Of a stretch of DNA of 64,000 bases, positions 9,729 through 17,637 are shown one piece after another (the stretch's first letter is position 1; the number at the start of each line of letters is the position of its first letter). Both the position numbers and the translations under genes were made by a program. Origin of the DNA: Nitrospinaceae bacterium (GTDB taxonomy: Bacteria > Nitrospinota > Nitrospinia > Nitrospinales > VA-1); the NCBI GenBank assembly GCA_029261595.1, contig JAJDAZ010000036.1:12852-76851 (forward strand), given 5' to 3'. The notes below the pieces were generated by a model. That model was not told where the DNA came from and made no database searches. It saw only the letters and a program-made list of their open reading frames with translations.

Positions 9729-9762
9729 AAAAAAAAATGGCTCCCGCCGAAAGGCGCAAGCC
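9729..9762 (-). terminator. intrinsic terminator abutting the SD of the FMN reductase gene
   Basis: Minus strand GGCTTGCGCC-TTTC-GGCGGGAGCC (9 of 10 positions paired incl. one G-U, one mismatch) followed by T9. The T-run ends at 9729; SD GAGG at 9727-9724; ATG at 9717. Confidence 0.7.
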
Positions 9763-9850
9763 ACTCCCTGCGGGGAGTCCGAATTCTCGGCCAGCCTATG
9801 GGCTGGGCCGAGTTCGCGGCAGACGCTCACCAGGTTCGCGAGCCGCCATA
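9763..9850 (-). promoter_or_regulatory. GC-rich multi-hairpin leader (candidate cis-regulatory RNA, class unknown)
   Basis: Minus-strand hairpins: ACTCCC-CGCA-GGGAGT (9778-9763), CTCGGCCCAGCC-CATA-GGCTGGCCGAG (9812-9786), GGCGGC..GCCGC (9848-9813), with a duplicated CGCGAAC. Confidence 0.3.
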
Positions 9851-9918
9851 TACAGTCAAATTTACTTGAAATTTTTAAAGCCCTGAACCCGTCAACACTG
9901 GGTCCAGCGTTACGCTGG

Positions 9919-11553
9919 TCAGACAGAAGGAATTTCTTTCGGCGGGCCTTCTTCACCTTCGCCTTCCTCTTCTTCCTCATCGTCCCAGTAGTCCTCATCC
10001 TCAATATCCTCTCCGATGAGAGCGTGAGGATCGTCCTGAAGCATTTCATCTTCCTCTTCATCTTCCTCGGTTTGCGGGGCTGGGGGCAGTTCATCCCAGA
10101 TGGCGACCCTGGAGTTTCCCCGGTCGGCAACATAAAGCTTGAACTTGGGTTTGGTTTCCTCTTCACCCTCTTCGCCTGCTTCCAGTTCGGCGTCATCCCA
10201 GTCCTCGTCCGGGTCTTCTTCCAGATACAACCCGAAGGGATCGTTGAACGTGGACCCGTTTGCCATGCCACCGCGGTTGACCCTGTTTTCGTTAAAAAAT
10301 TTCTGCCCTAAAACAAGGTCTGCAGGCTGACCGTTTTCCGTCGGCACTTCCTTCCAGTACAGGACCCGGTGGTTATCCGTATCGGAGACGAACAACCCCG
10401 CCCGGCCATAAACGACATCGGTTGGGAAATACAGTCCCTTATTGTTGGCCCGGTTTCTGCCCTGGCCCAGGTTCGGCTCACGGCTGTGAAAATCCTCCTG
10501 CCCGATGACCACATCCGCCCCCCGGCCAAATTCGTTGGGCAGTTTGTTCCAGATCAGCACCCGATTGTTGCCTTGATCGACCACGAACAATTTATCCGTT
10601 TCAGCATGGTAGAAAACCCCGGTCGGAAAACTGAGCGTTTCCGCTCCGACATTGTCGAATTCCCCACGGTTGGGCTCTCTCTCATCCATTCCCTCCTGAC
10701 CCAGGCAGAGATCTGCATTCCAGCCATTGCCGAAAGGAATTTTGTTCCAGATCAATACCCGGTGATTGTCTTTATCCGCAATGAACACATGCTGGTCGTC
10801 GCCCGAACAGATACCCATCGGAAAAAACAGCGCTCCCGACCCGCACAGGTCATCCCGGTTGGCCTCATTGGCTTCGAGATTGTCCTGTCCCAAAACAAGC
10901 GCCGGGACTTCTCCGTCCTCGGTCGGCAACCCCGCATACCGGATCGCCCGGTGATTGCCGCTGTCCACCACATATAATTTACCGTCAATCACTTCGACGC
11001 CCGCAGGCTGGGACTGCGTGTCCTCTTCCGCCTTGCTTATGGTGAATCCGTCCAGATCTTCATCCCCCAGGCCAGAGGTCATTTCATCCAGCGTGGTGGT
11101 CATTCCCCGGTTTTCCAGACAATCGGCGAAATCCTCCTGACCCAGAACCAGCCCTGAAGGCTCTCCATTTTCTTCGGGACATTGCTCCCACACCAGCACC
11201 CGGTGATTGCCGCGATCGGAAACGAATAAATAGTCGCCAAAGCGGGTCATGAACTGCGGTTCGGCCAGGGTGTTGTCGCCAGGGTCATCGGCACCTCTAT
11301 TCGACAGCACCATGGACATGTCTCCCTGACCGATGACCATACAGGCCCCCACTTCGGGAATTTCTACTTCTACGGCCTCCTCTATCTCGTCGTCCAGTTC
11401 ATCTTCTTCGAACTCATCGATTTCATCCGTCTCTTCGGATTCGGCTAAAGCAGTTTCTTCTCCTTCGCCCACCACAGACTCTTCGGAGTCGACCGCCTTT
11501 TCTTCATTGAGTTCTTCTTCGTTGTCTCTGGTGTCTTCAGACATCCGACCCAC
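9919..11553 (-). CDS. six-bladed NHL-repeat beta-propeller protein with polyacidic N- and C-terminal tails
   Basis: Six copies of the NHL signature: FVSDRGNHRVLVW, YVVDSGNHRAIRY, FIADKDNHRVLIW, FVVDQGNNRVLIW, FVSDTDNHRVLYW, YVADRGNSRVAIW. The first ~75 and last ~60 residues are about half D/E. No signal peptide. Confidence 0.85.
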   Translation of the reverse strand: MGRMSEDTRDNEEELNEEKAVDSEESVVGEGEETALAESEETDEIDEFEEDELDDEIEEAVEVEIPEVGACMVIGQGDMSMVLSNRGADDPGDNTLAEPQFMTRFGDYLFVSDRGNHRVLVWEQCPEENGEPSGLVLGQEDFADCLENRGMTTTLDEMTSGLGDEDLDGFTISKAEEDTQSQPAGVEVIDGKLYVVDSGNHRAIRYAGLPTEDGEVPALVLGQDNLEANEANRDDLCGSGALFFPMGICSGDDQHVFIADKDNHRVLIWNKIPFGNGWNADLCLGQEGMDEREPNRGEFDNVGAETLSFPTGVFYHAETDKLFVVDQGNNRVLIWNKLPNEFGRGADVVIGQEDFHSREPNLGQGRNRANNKGLYFPTDVVYGRAGLFVSDTDNHRVLYWKEVPTENGQPADLVLGQKFFNENRVNRGGMANGSTFNDPFGLYLEEDPDEDWDDAELEAGEEGEEETKPKFKLYVADRGNSRVAIWDELPPAPQTEEDEEEDEMLQDDPHALIGEDIEDEDYWDDEEEEEGEGEEGPPKEIPSV

Positions 11554-11659
11554 CCTCCCAGTTATTCAAGAAAATCTTTTCGTCTTCCGGTGATCCGGCG
11601 GCCGGAAGAAAAACTTCAAAACTTGTGGTTACTAATTAATGAATACGCCGTCAGAATTC

Positions 11660-13291
11660 CTATTGGGAAAAGTGGAATCGCTGCCACATGGAAACCACCT
11701 TGCGGCCGTTTCTATCTTGATGCGCACCGTCCCAAACGGCGAATGATATCAAAACAGGTTGTTTGCTTTGAAACTTTATATCCCATTTATTCAAAGATTC
11801 CAAGGCCCTATAAAAAACAACCCGCCATTTTCCATCTTTCCACACCCCTTTTCCAAGCACATTTTGCTTGGTTTGAGGTTGCGGGGTCAGTGTTCCGAAC
11901 CCTTCTGCGTTCAATTCTTCCACCGGAACGTCCCTAAAAGGGTTCAAAGAGTCCACTGGATTGACCTCGCCGCCGAAGATCATGGTGTCCATATCCATGC
12001 CCTTGGTGGCGTATTCCAGTTTTTCCTTGGTCTCGATTTCGGTCTGCCAATCGGCCCGCCATTGCCAGATGTTGACAACCTTGCCGCGGTTCCCCATGCC
12101 AAAGAAAGGTTCGTTGTGCCCAAATTTATGCAACAGAACATCGCCCAGGGAAAATTCCATTGCGACGGCATCCTTAAAATCTTGATGCCGGCTGGAAGTG
12201 CGATCGGCAAGGGCATCGTCCCATTCCAGTCGAAAAGAAATCCCTTCTTCATTGACCACGGACTGAAATTTGACCCGGTTTACGGGGTTCGCCCGGGCGC
12301 TGAGTGGGATCATGTGCACATCATGTACCGGGACATCGTTCCAAATGGGATTGGCCGGGTCCAGATCGATCTCTTCCTTAATCACTTTTGGTTTGAGATC
12401 CGCCTCATACTCCGCCGGTTGTAGCTTCTCATGCTGAATTCTGGAGTCGACGAACAGCGTGAGGTCCCAGCGTTGTTCATCGGTCAGGTCATCGTAGGCC
12501 TTCATGGGCGAACCGTCCAGGCCAGTGGTCAGGGTGAGGTAAATATCTTCTTTTTGAAATCCGAACTTGAAGGTGTTGGGATTGGTCAAATCATAAATAA
12601 AGGAACGGTGGTCCCAGAGATCATAGAGCTTGTCCGCCAGCGGACCGGTGCCTTTCAGGTCGGTTCCGTGACAGCGGGAGCATCGCATATCACCGAAAAG
12701 TACTTTTCCCCGCTCGATCCGCTCAGGGCTTGAGGGCGGTGCGGGGGACACGGTCACCGGGTCTTTGGGAGTTTCCGCCGCGAAGCGAGCCGAAAATCTC
12801 TTGATATATTCCACCACCGACCAGGTTTCATCTTCGGTCAAGGCGTCGCCCCAGGCCGGCATGGACGTTCCGGGAATACCTCTGGCGATCGTCTGGTATA
12901 TGTCTTTATCGAGCGGCAGGGCTCCGGAAGGCGTGGACCGGTGTTTGAAAACACCTTTCCTGAAATCTCTCGGCCAGGGATAAAGATACGCCGTGGCTTT
13001 GCCGCCGCCATTGCCGTCACTGCCATGACAGAAAACGCACATGTGCTTGTAAACGGTTTCGCCCAGGGTTTGCTTGGCGGAACCGGCGTGCGCATGCGAA
13101 GATGAGGTATGTTTTTCGGAGGGCGCAAAAACTTTATTGACCGCGTCGCTCTTAGGGTCCGCAGGGTCAGATGCCTGCACAGAGTTCGGCAAAAACCCAA
13201 GGCACAGGTAAGCGAATATCAGAAGGGTAAAAATATATTTAACGGACACCGAGACTTGGGGTCGATAATGAGTACAACTCTTCATTGCCAT
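11660..13291 (-). CDS. periplasmic dihaem cytochrome c fused to a C-terminal EB_dh (ethylbenzene dehydrogenase gamma / cytochrome c-552-DMSO reductase-like) haem-binding domain
   Basis: Two CxxCH motifs (CVFCHG, CSRCHG) with distal SMPAW/SPMKAY. C-terminal half ..FRLEWDD..DAVAMEF..FGMGNRG..VNIWQWRADW.. resembles the EB_dh/NxrC-DdhC-type domain. The start is uncertain: an in-frame GTG at 13249 would give MSVKYIFTLLIFAYLCLGFLPNSVQA. Confidence 0.75.
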   Translation of the reverse strand: MAMKSCTHYRPQVSVSVKYIFTLLIFAYLCLGFLPNSVQASDPADPKSDAVNKVFAPSEKHTSSSHAHAGSAKQTLGETVYKHMCVFCHGSDGNGGGKATAYLYPWPRDFRKGVFKHRSTPSGALPLDKDIYQTIARGIPGTSMPAWGDALTEDETWSVVEYIKRFSARFAAETPKDPVTVSPAPPSSPERIERGKVLFGDMRCSRCHGTDLKGTGPLADKLYDLWDHRSFIYDLTNPNTFKFGFQKEDIYLTLTTGLDGSPMKAYDDLTDEQRWDLTLFVDSRIQHEKLQPAEYEADLKPKVIKEEIDLDPANPIWNDVPVHDVHMIPLSARANPVNRVKFQSVVNEEGISFRLEWDDALADRTSSRHQDFKDAVAMEFSLGDVLLHKFGHNEPFFGMGNRGKVVNIWQWRADWQTEIETKEKLEYATKGMDMDTMIFGGEVNPVDSLNPFRDVPVEELNAEGFGTLTPQPQTKQNVLGKGVWKDGKWRVVFYRALESLNKWDIKFQSKQPVLISFAVWDGAHQDRNGRKVVSMWQRFHFSQ

Positions 13292-13775
13292 TCAAACCAT
13301 CCTCCGCAATATCCACCCATATGTCATTGCAGTTGCGCCGGTAATCGACCCCTTTACAATAAAACATCGGGTGCCTCTTGGTGAAATAAATGATCGGATT
13401 AGAAAAGTATACGCTCATTTCCTGACTCTTCGCAACGGCAATGGCTTGTTCAACCGTGGTGGTTTCGGCGGTGGCTTTCTGTAAAATCTTGCGGATCACC
13501 ATGTAGTCCAGTTTTCCGTCTAAATCCAGATCATAATAGGTTGCAATCAGGCCGGTGATATTCATGATCTCCCAGCCCCGATAAGAAGGGTCCTTCCAAC
13601 CCGGTTCCTTGGGTATCACCATCTCCTTTTTGCCTGCCCCTGGAAAAGGAATCTGATCCGGCTGTGCTTTCAAAGGACCGGCAAAGACCATCATCTGCAC
13701 CATGCAAACCAGCAATAGAGCATAGTTTCTGGGGATATTTCCTAAAATCCTTTTCACCATGATGGAGACCTCCAA
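13239..13775 (-). CDS. hypothetical periplasmic protein
   Basis: Signal peptide (..YALLLVCMVQMMVFAGPLKAQ). No recognisable motif. Overlaps or abuts the start of the cytochrome gene, suggesting an operon. Confidence 0.5.
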   Translation of the reverse strand: MEVSIMVKRILGNIPRNYALLLVCMVQMMVFAGPLKAQPDQIPFPGAGKKEMVIPKEPGWKDPSYRGWEIMNITGLIATYYDLDLDGKLDYMVIRKILQKATAETTTVEQAIAVAKSQEMSVYFSNPIIYFTKRHPMFYCKGVDYRRNCNDIWVDIAEDGLNGNEELYSLSTPSLGVR

Positions 13776-13970
13776 AGGGTTCCTGTCTGTTCCCGGTGTT
13801 TCCAGAGTTATCTATTTACGTTAGCATAAAATCAGGGCCGATCAAACGTTTTGTTGGGGACTTTTATCGGCCGAAAATCCGCTAAAATCGGCAGTTGTTG
13901 ACTGCGGAGGAAGGGTTTTCAGACCGTGTTCGCGGGCGGGCGGATTAGAAGGATTGGAAAAAAGGGAGGG

Positions 13971-14369
13971 CTATTCGCCGTCGGAGTCTGAAACCTGGCT
14001 TTTAATGGCGGAGGTGATGTCGGGGTACAGCTCGAAAACATCGTGGAGCTTAGCCATTTCAAATGTTTCCTGAGGCGCGCCCCGAAGGCCCGCGATCAGG
14101 AATTTCCCCTGGGATTTGTCAAGGGTTTGAAAACAATGGATAAATACGCTTATGGTGGAACTGTCCAAATAGGTCACGTCCTCAAGGTTCACGGCAAACT
14201 TTTGGAATCCTCTTTGGCGGTAGGCTTCGATCAATTTCTGCACGTCATTGGAATTGTAAATATCCAACTGACCTTTCAGATCGACCACGATCAGGTCGTC
14301 TTCATTCCAGCAATCGATATCAATTTTCCCCATCAATCCCAGAATTTCCTTGTGAATTTTTTCCATCAA
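13971..14369 (-). CDS. STAS-domain protein (anti-sigma factor antagonist family)
   Basis: 132 aa with the SpoIIAA-like pattern ..IVVDLKGQLDIYNSNDV..FAVNLEDVTYLDSSTISVFI.. Confidence 0.75.
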   Translation of the reverse strand: MMEKIHKEILGLMGKIDIDCWNEDDLIVVDLKGQLDIYNSNDVQKLIEAYRQRGFQKFAVNLEDVTYLDSSTISVFIHCFQTLDKSQGKFLIAGLRGAPQETFEMAKLHDVFELYPDITSAIKSQVSDSDGE

Positions 14370-14553
14370 TGATCACCGTGTTTGAAGAGGCTGTTAATCT
14401 TTTGAACGGAAGATTTAATCCTGTTTTTCATATCTTTCAACATTTATTTCCAAAGTCACGCGTTGTTTGAAATGAGATAATGCGCAAATTTTCTTTTTCC
14501 TCCCAGGAAGTCTTTACTCAAAAACACCCAAAAGAAATAGAAAGGAAAACGAA

Positions 14554-15291
14554 TCAATTTATTCCATAAATTTTTCCGGTCATCTCCTGATCCAGATTCT
14601 CAGGGCCACCATCATATACCATTTGACCGTCTTTTAAAGCCAAAACGCGATCGCCATATTCCCTGGCCAGCTCGGGTAAGTGAAGATTGCATAGAACCGT
14701 CACACCTTGCTTTTTATTAATGTCCCGCAAAATATCCATGATAGAAATCGAGGTGGCCGGGTCCAGACTGGAAACCGGCTCATCCGCTAAAATAATCTTC
14801 GGTTGCTGCATCAGGGCTCTGGCAATTCCCACTCGCTGTTGTTGCCCACCACTCAGAGTGTCCGCTCGTTGTCCGCCCTTTTCGCCGAGTCCCAGGGACT
14901 TCAGTTTCTCTCCAGCCTGTGACACGGACTCCCTGGGGAAATAATTCATCCAGCCCGCTAAGGGAGAGACAAACCCCAGTCTTCCGGTCAGAATATTGGT
15001 CAAAACCGAGGACCGGGGAACCAGATTGTACTGTTGGAAAATCATGCCGGTTTTTCGCCTGAGGCGGCGCAATTGCCGGGGGCTGGCCCCGGTGATTTCC
15101 TGTTCGCCCAAAAAAATCCTGCCGCCTGTGGGCTCCACCAGCCGGTTAATGCATCTTAAAAGGGTGGATTTCCCCGAACCGCTTTTCCCCAGGATCACCA
15201 CAAATTCCCCGGCTGGCACGCTGAAGGAAACCTCTTTGAGGGCATGAGTCCCGTTCGTATACGTTTTTGAAAGCTTCTCGATCTTTAGCAC
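14554..15291 (-). CDS. phnC: phosphonate/phosphite-type ABC transporter ATP-binding protein
   Basis: Walker A GKSGSGKST, signature LSGGQQQR, Walker B ILADEP. N-terminus MLKIEKLSKTY..LKEVSF typical of PhnC. Confidence 0.8.
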   Translation of the reverse strand: MLKIEKLSKTYTNGTHALKEVSFSVPAGEFVVILGKSGSGKSTLLRCINRLVEPTGGRIFLGEQEITGASPRQLRRLRRKTGMIFQQYNLVPRSSVLTNILTGRLGFVSPLAGWMNYFPRESVSQAGEKLKSLGLGEKGGQRADTLSGGQQQRVGIARALMQQPKIILADEPVSSLDPATSISIMDILRDINKKQGVTVLCNLHLPELAREYGDRVLALKDGQMVYDGGPENLDQEMTGKIYGIN

Positions 15292-15314
15292 AAATTAGTA
15301 GCCTCCGAAATTTT

Positions 15315-16277
15315 CTAGCGGCTTTGTTTTTCCAGGTTCAATCCCAATAACCGGCTGGCGTCGCGCACAGGATCGAATAAACCATCCAGATCCACCAACC
15401 CGCTGATTCCGTACACACGCTTTAATACTTTTCCGCCCTCTGGAGTTTTTGAAATATATTTTAATCCTTCACGTATTTTATTTTTTATTTCCGCCGGCAA
15501 ACCTTTGCGGGCGGTCACCGTATCGTTGGGGATATCCTGGGTGTAGGCGATCACTTTTATTTTTTTAAAAACGTCGGGATAGCTTTTGGCCACCGTCGCA
15601 CGGGAACCGTCGTAGGCGGCTCCGGCATCGACTTCTCCTTTCAGGAGCGAAAGAACCACCGCATTGTGCGAGCCTGCAAAAACGGTCTGGGCAAAAAACT
15701 TGTCCGGATCATGGCCGTTGGAAAGCAATAGCGCTTTTGGGTATAAATGTCCGGAAGTGGAGGCCGGGTCCACGTAGGCGAAGGTTTTGCCTTTTAAATC
15801 CGCCAGGGTTTTTATCCCGCTGTCGGCCCGGACCATGATCTGACCCCGGTAAAACGGCTTGCCAAATCGGACCACGATCAACAGCAAATCGACATCGTAT
15901 TTTTCTCTGGCCAATACATAGCTGAAGGTCGCCAGCCAGCCGATGTCCACTTTCCCCGCGCCCATCGCCTCAATAACCGCCGCGTAACTGGTCGCCACCG
16001 AGGTTGTGAAATGCAACCCGGTGGATTGTTTGAGTATTTCGGCAATTTCCTGTCCGCCTTCAAGAATGACCTGGGCGTCGCCTGAGGGGACGAACATCAT
16101 GCGTAATGGATTTTCCTTAGTTCCCAGTTCAACGCTTTCAGCTGGATGAACCGTAATCCATGAAAGAATCAAAAAAACCAGAGGTGGAAAAATCCGGGAA
16201 GAGAAATCGTTGGGCAGGGAAATACAAAACTCAAAACAGAGGGGTTTAGAATAGGATGTCGATTGAATGAGTCTCAC
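15315..16277 (-). CDS. phnD: phosphate/phosphite/phosphonate ABC transporter substrate-binding protein
   Basis: PhnD-family pattern: NPLRMMFVPSGDAQ..YAAVIEAMGAGKVDIGWL..TFAYVDPASTSGHLYP. The annotated GTG start is only 38 nt from the upstream terminator, so the true start is uncertain. Confidence 0.75.
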   Translation of the reverse strand: MRLIQSTSYSKPLCFEFCISLPNDFSSRIFPPLVFLILSWITVHPAESVELGTKENPLRMMFVPSGDAQVILEGGQEIAEILKQSTGLHFTTSVATSYAAVIEAMGAGKVDIGWLATFSYVLAREKYDVDLLLIVVRFGKPFYRGQIMVRADSGIKTLADLKGKTFAYVDPASTSGHLYPKALLLSNGHDPDKFFAQTVFAGSHNAVVLSLLKGEVDAGAAYDGSRATVAKSYPDVFKKIKVIAYTQDIPNDTVTARKGLPAEIKNKIREGLKYISKTPEGGKVLKRVYGISGLVDLDGLFDPVRDASRLLGLNLEKQSR

Positions 16278-16314
16278 TCAACCACTATATCAAAAACAGA
16301 TATCTTAAAAATGC

Positions 16315-16355
16315 AAAAAAAAAGAGGCAAACCGGAAAACCCGGTTTGCCTCTTT
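16315..16355 (-). terminator. intrinsic terminator after the cytochrome c gene
   Basis: Perfect 13-bp stem AGAGGCAAACCGG / CCGGTTTGCCTCT (16323-16335 / 16341-16353), followed on the minus strand by a T-run (16322-16315). Confidence 0.8.
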
Positions 16356-16378
16356 AAATACTAACGTCTGATACAAAC

Positions 16379-16813
16379 TTATTTCACGAAAGTACTTTGG
16401 ATGTATTTGACAACATCCCAGATCTGAGCGTCTTTCAAGGTCTTGCCATGAGCGACCATGCCGGTTCCCTTGGAACCATTTTTAATGACATGGAACATCT
16501 GGCCAGCGGAAATGCCTTTCATGGTTTCTGCACAGGTGAAATTTCTGGGTTTCGGTTTCAAAGCCGCACCTAATTTCCCAGCGCCATCACCCTTATCGCC
16601 ATGACACATTTTGCAAGCCATAGGCTTTGCGGTTTTGGTGTAGATGGCTTTCCCTTTCGCCGCGTCTGCCTTGGCGGTTTTATCCGCTTTTGCCGCACTG
16701 GCAGGAGCCGCTTTGGTTTTCCTCGGTTGAGGACATTTGCCTCCCGCATAAGCGGAACTGACGACAAAAAAGCTGAAAACTGCCAATATGGAAATTACCA
16801 CGACTTTTTTCAT
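16379..16813 (-). CDS. class I c-type cytochrome, periplasmic
   Basis: Signal peptide MKKVVVISILAVFSFFVVSSAYAG, K/A-rich linker, single CKMCHG haem motif, distal Met region GTGMVAHG. Confidence 0.85.
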   Translation of the reverse strand: MKKVVVISILAVFSFFVVSSAYAGGKCPQPRKTKAAPASAAKADKTAKADAAKGKAIYTKTAKPMACKMCHGDKGDGAGKLGAALKPKPRNFTCAETMKGISAGQMFHVIKNGSKGTGMVAHGKTLKDAQIWDVVKYIQSTFVK

Positions 16814-17637
16814 TTAAAACTCTCCTTCGTTAAATTTGGTGAAAAAAACCTGCACTATGGTTGGACAAAAAAAATTCTATCAACTCGCCTGATAATACCG
16901 GCCCCAAGCTGTTAGATATTTATTGAATCTGGAAGGCAACTGGTCAAATGCCACCCTGTAGACCCGGAAAAACCGACTCTAAAAAAACTGATCTCCCGTT
17001 GCCAGCACCAATAAAGCATTATGAAAAAAGGAGCATCGCATTATATTAAATCCGTTTAACCTGTCAATAAAAATTTCCCGCCATTTTGTAAGGCTTTGAA
17101 AAGATTTACCTTTATGAACAGGGTCGAGCCCGGTAAAATTCGCATGGGGTAAAAACCGCATTATAGAATCAACGGGCTGTATTTATAAAAAAAACACAAA
17201 ATATTTTTTCTTTCAGGTTCCCCTGCCATTTGATTTTATGAGTTTTGTATTCGGAACACCTTAATTTTTAGAAACCTTTTTCCTTGCGCAAACATCCCAG
17301 TTCTCGTATATTCATCCAATATTAAAATTTTATTCTTTTTATTTCCCTTTAAAAGCGCTGAAAGCTTTAAAGGAAATACTCATTGCATGTTTTAAGTTAC
17401 ATTAATGAGAAGAGTTAAAAGCCGACTGAATGGTAGTCCTCTTTCAAGACCCGCCAAGCAAGCACAGGGACTTGGAATTCAAAAGTCGGAAGGCCTCTTT
17501 TATCAACCCGGATTTGATTATCCCCAGAACGAAATTTGATATCCTGAGCGGGATGCTTGTGTCTCCAGAAAATAAGGGAGTTAACAAGTTAACCAACGTA
17601 GTATCAATCCGTACCCAAAGCGAATAGGATGTAAATT

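Noticed and set aside
10369-10977. 202-aa plus-strand ORF, plus several other ORFs inside 9919-11553 (e.g. 9702-10271, 10024-10311, 11333-11593)
   Set aside because: They are antisense to, or out of frame with, the six-blade NHL gene. Their repetitive S/P/R-rich composition mirrors the acidic/NHL coding strand.
16936-16954. Sigma-54-like TGGCAT...TTGC upstream of the cytochrome c gene (minus strand)
   Set aside because: The GG-to-GC spacing is 13 nt instead of 10, which is incompatible with a -24/-12 promoter.
17400-17637. Lysine (L-box) riboswitch upstream of the lysine-aminomutase-like gene
   Set aside because: The conserved L-box blocks as I recall them (AGAGGNGC, GAAAGGGGA, GCCGAAG, GGCTGTCA) are not present. 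Only generic helices are seen.
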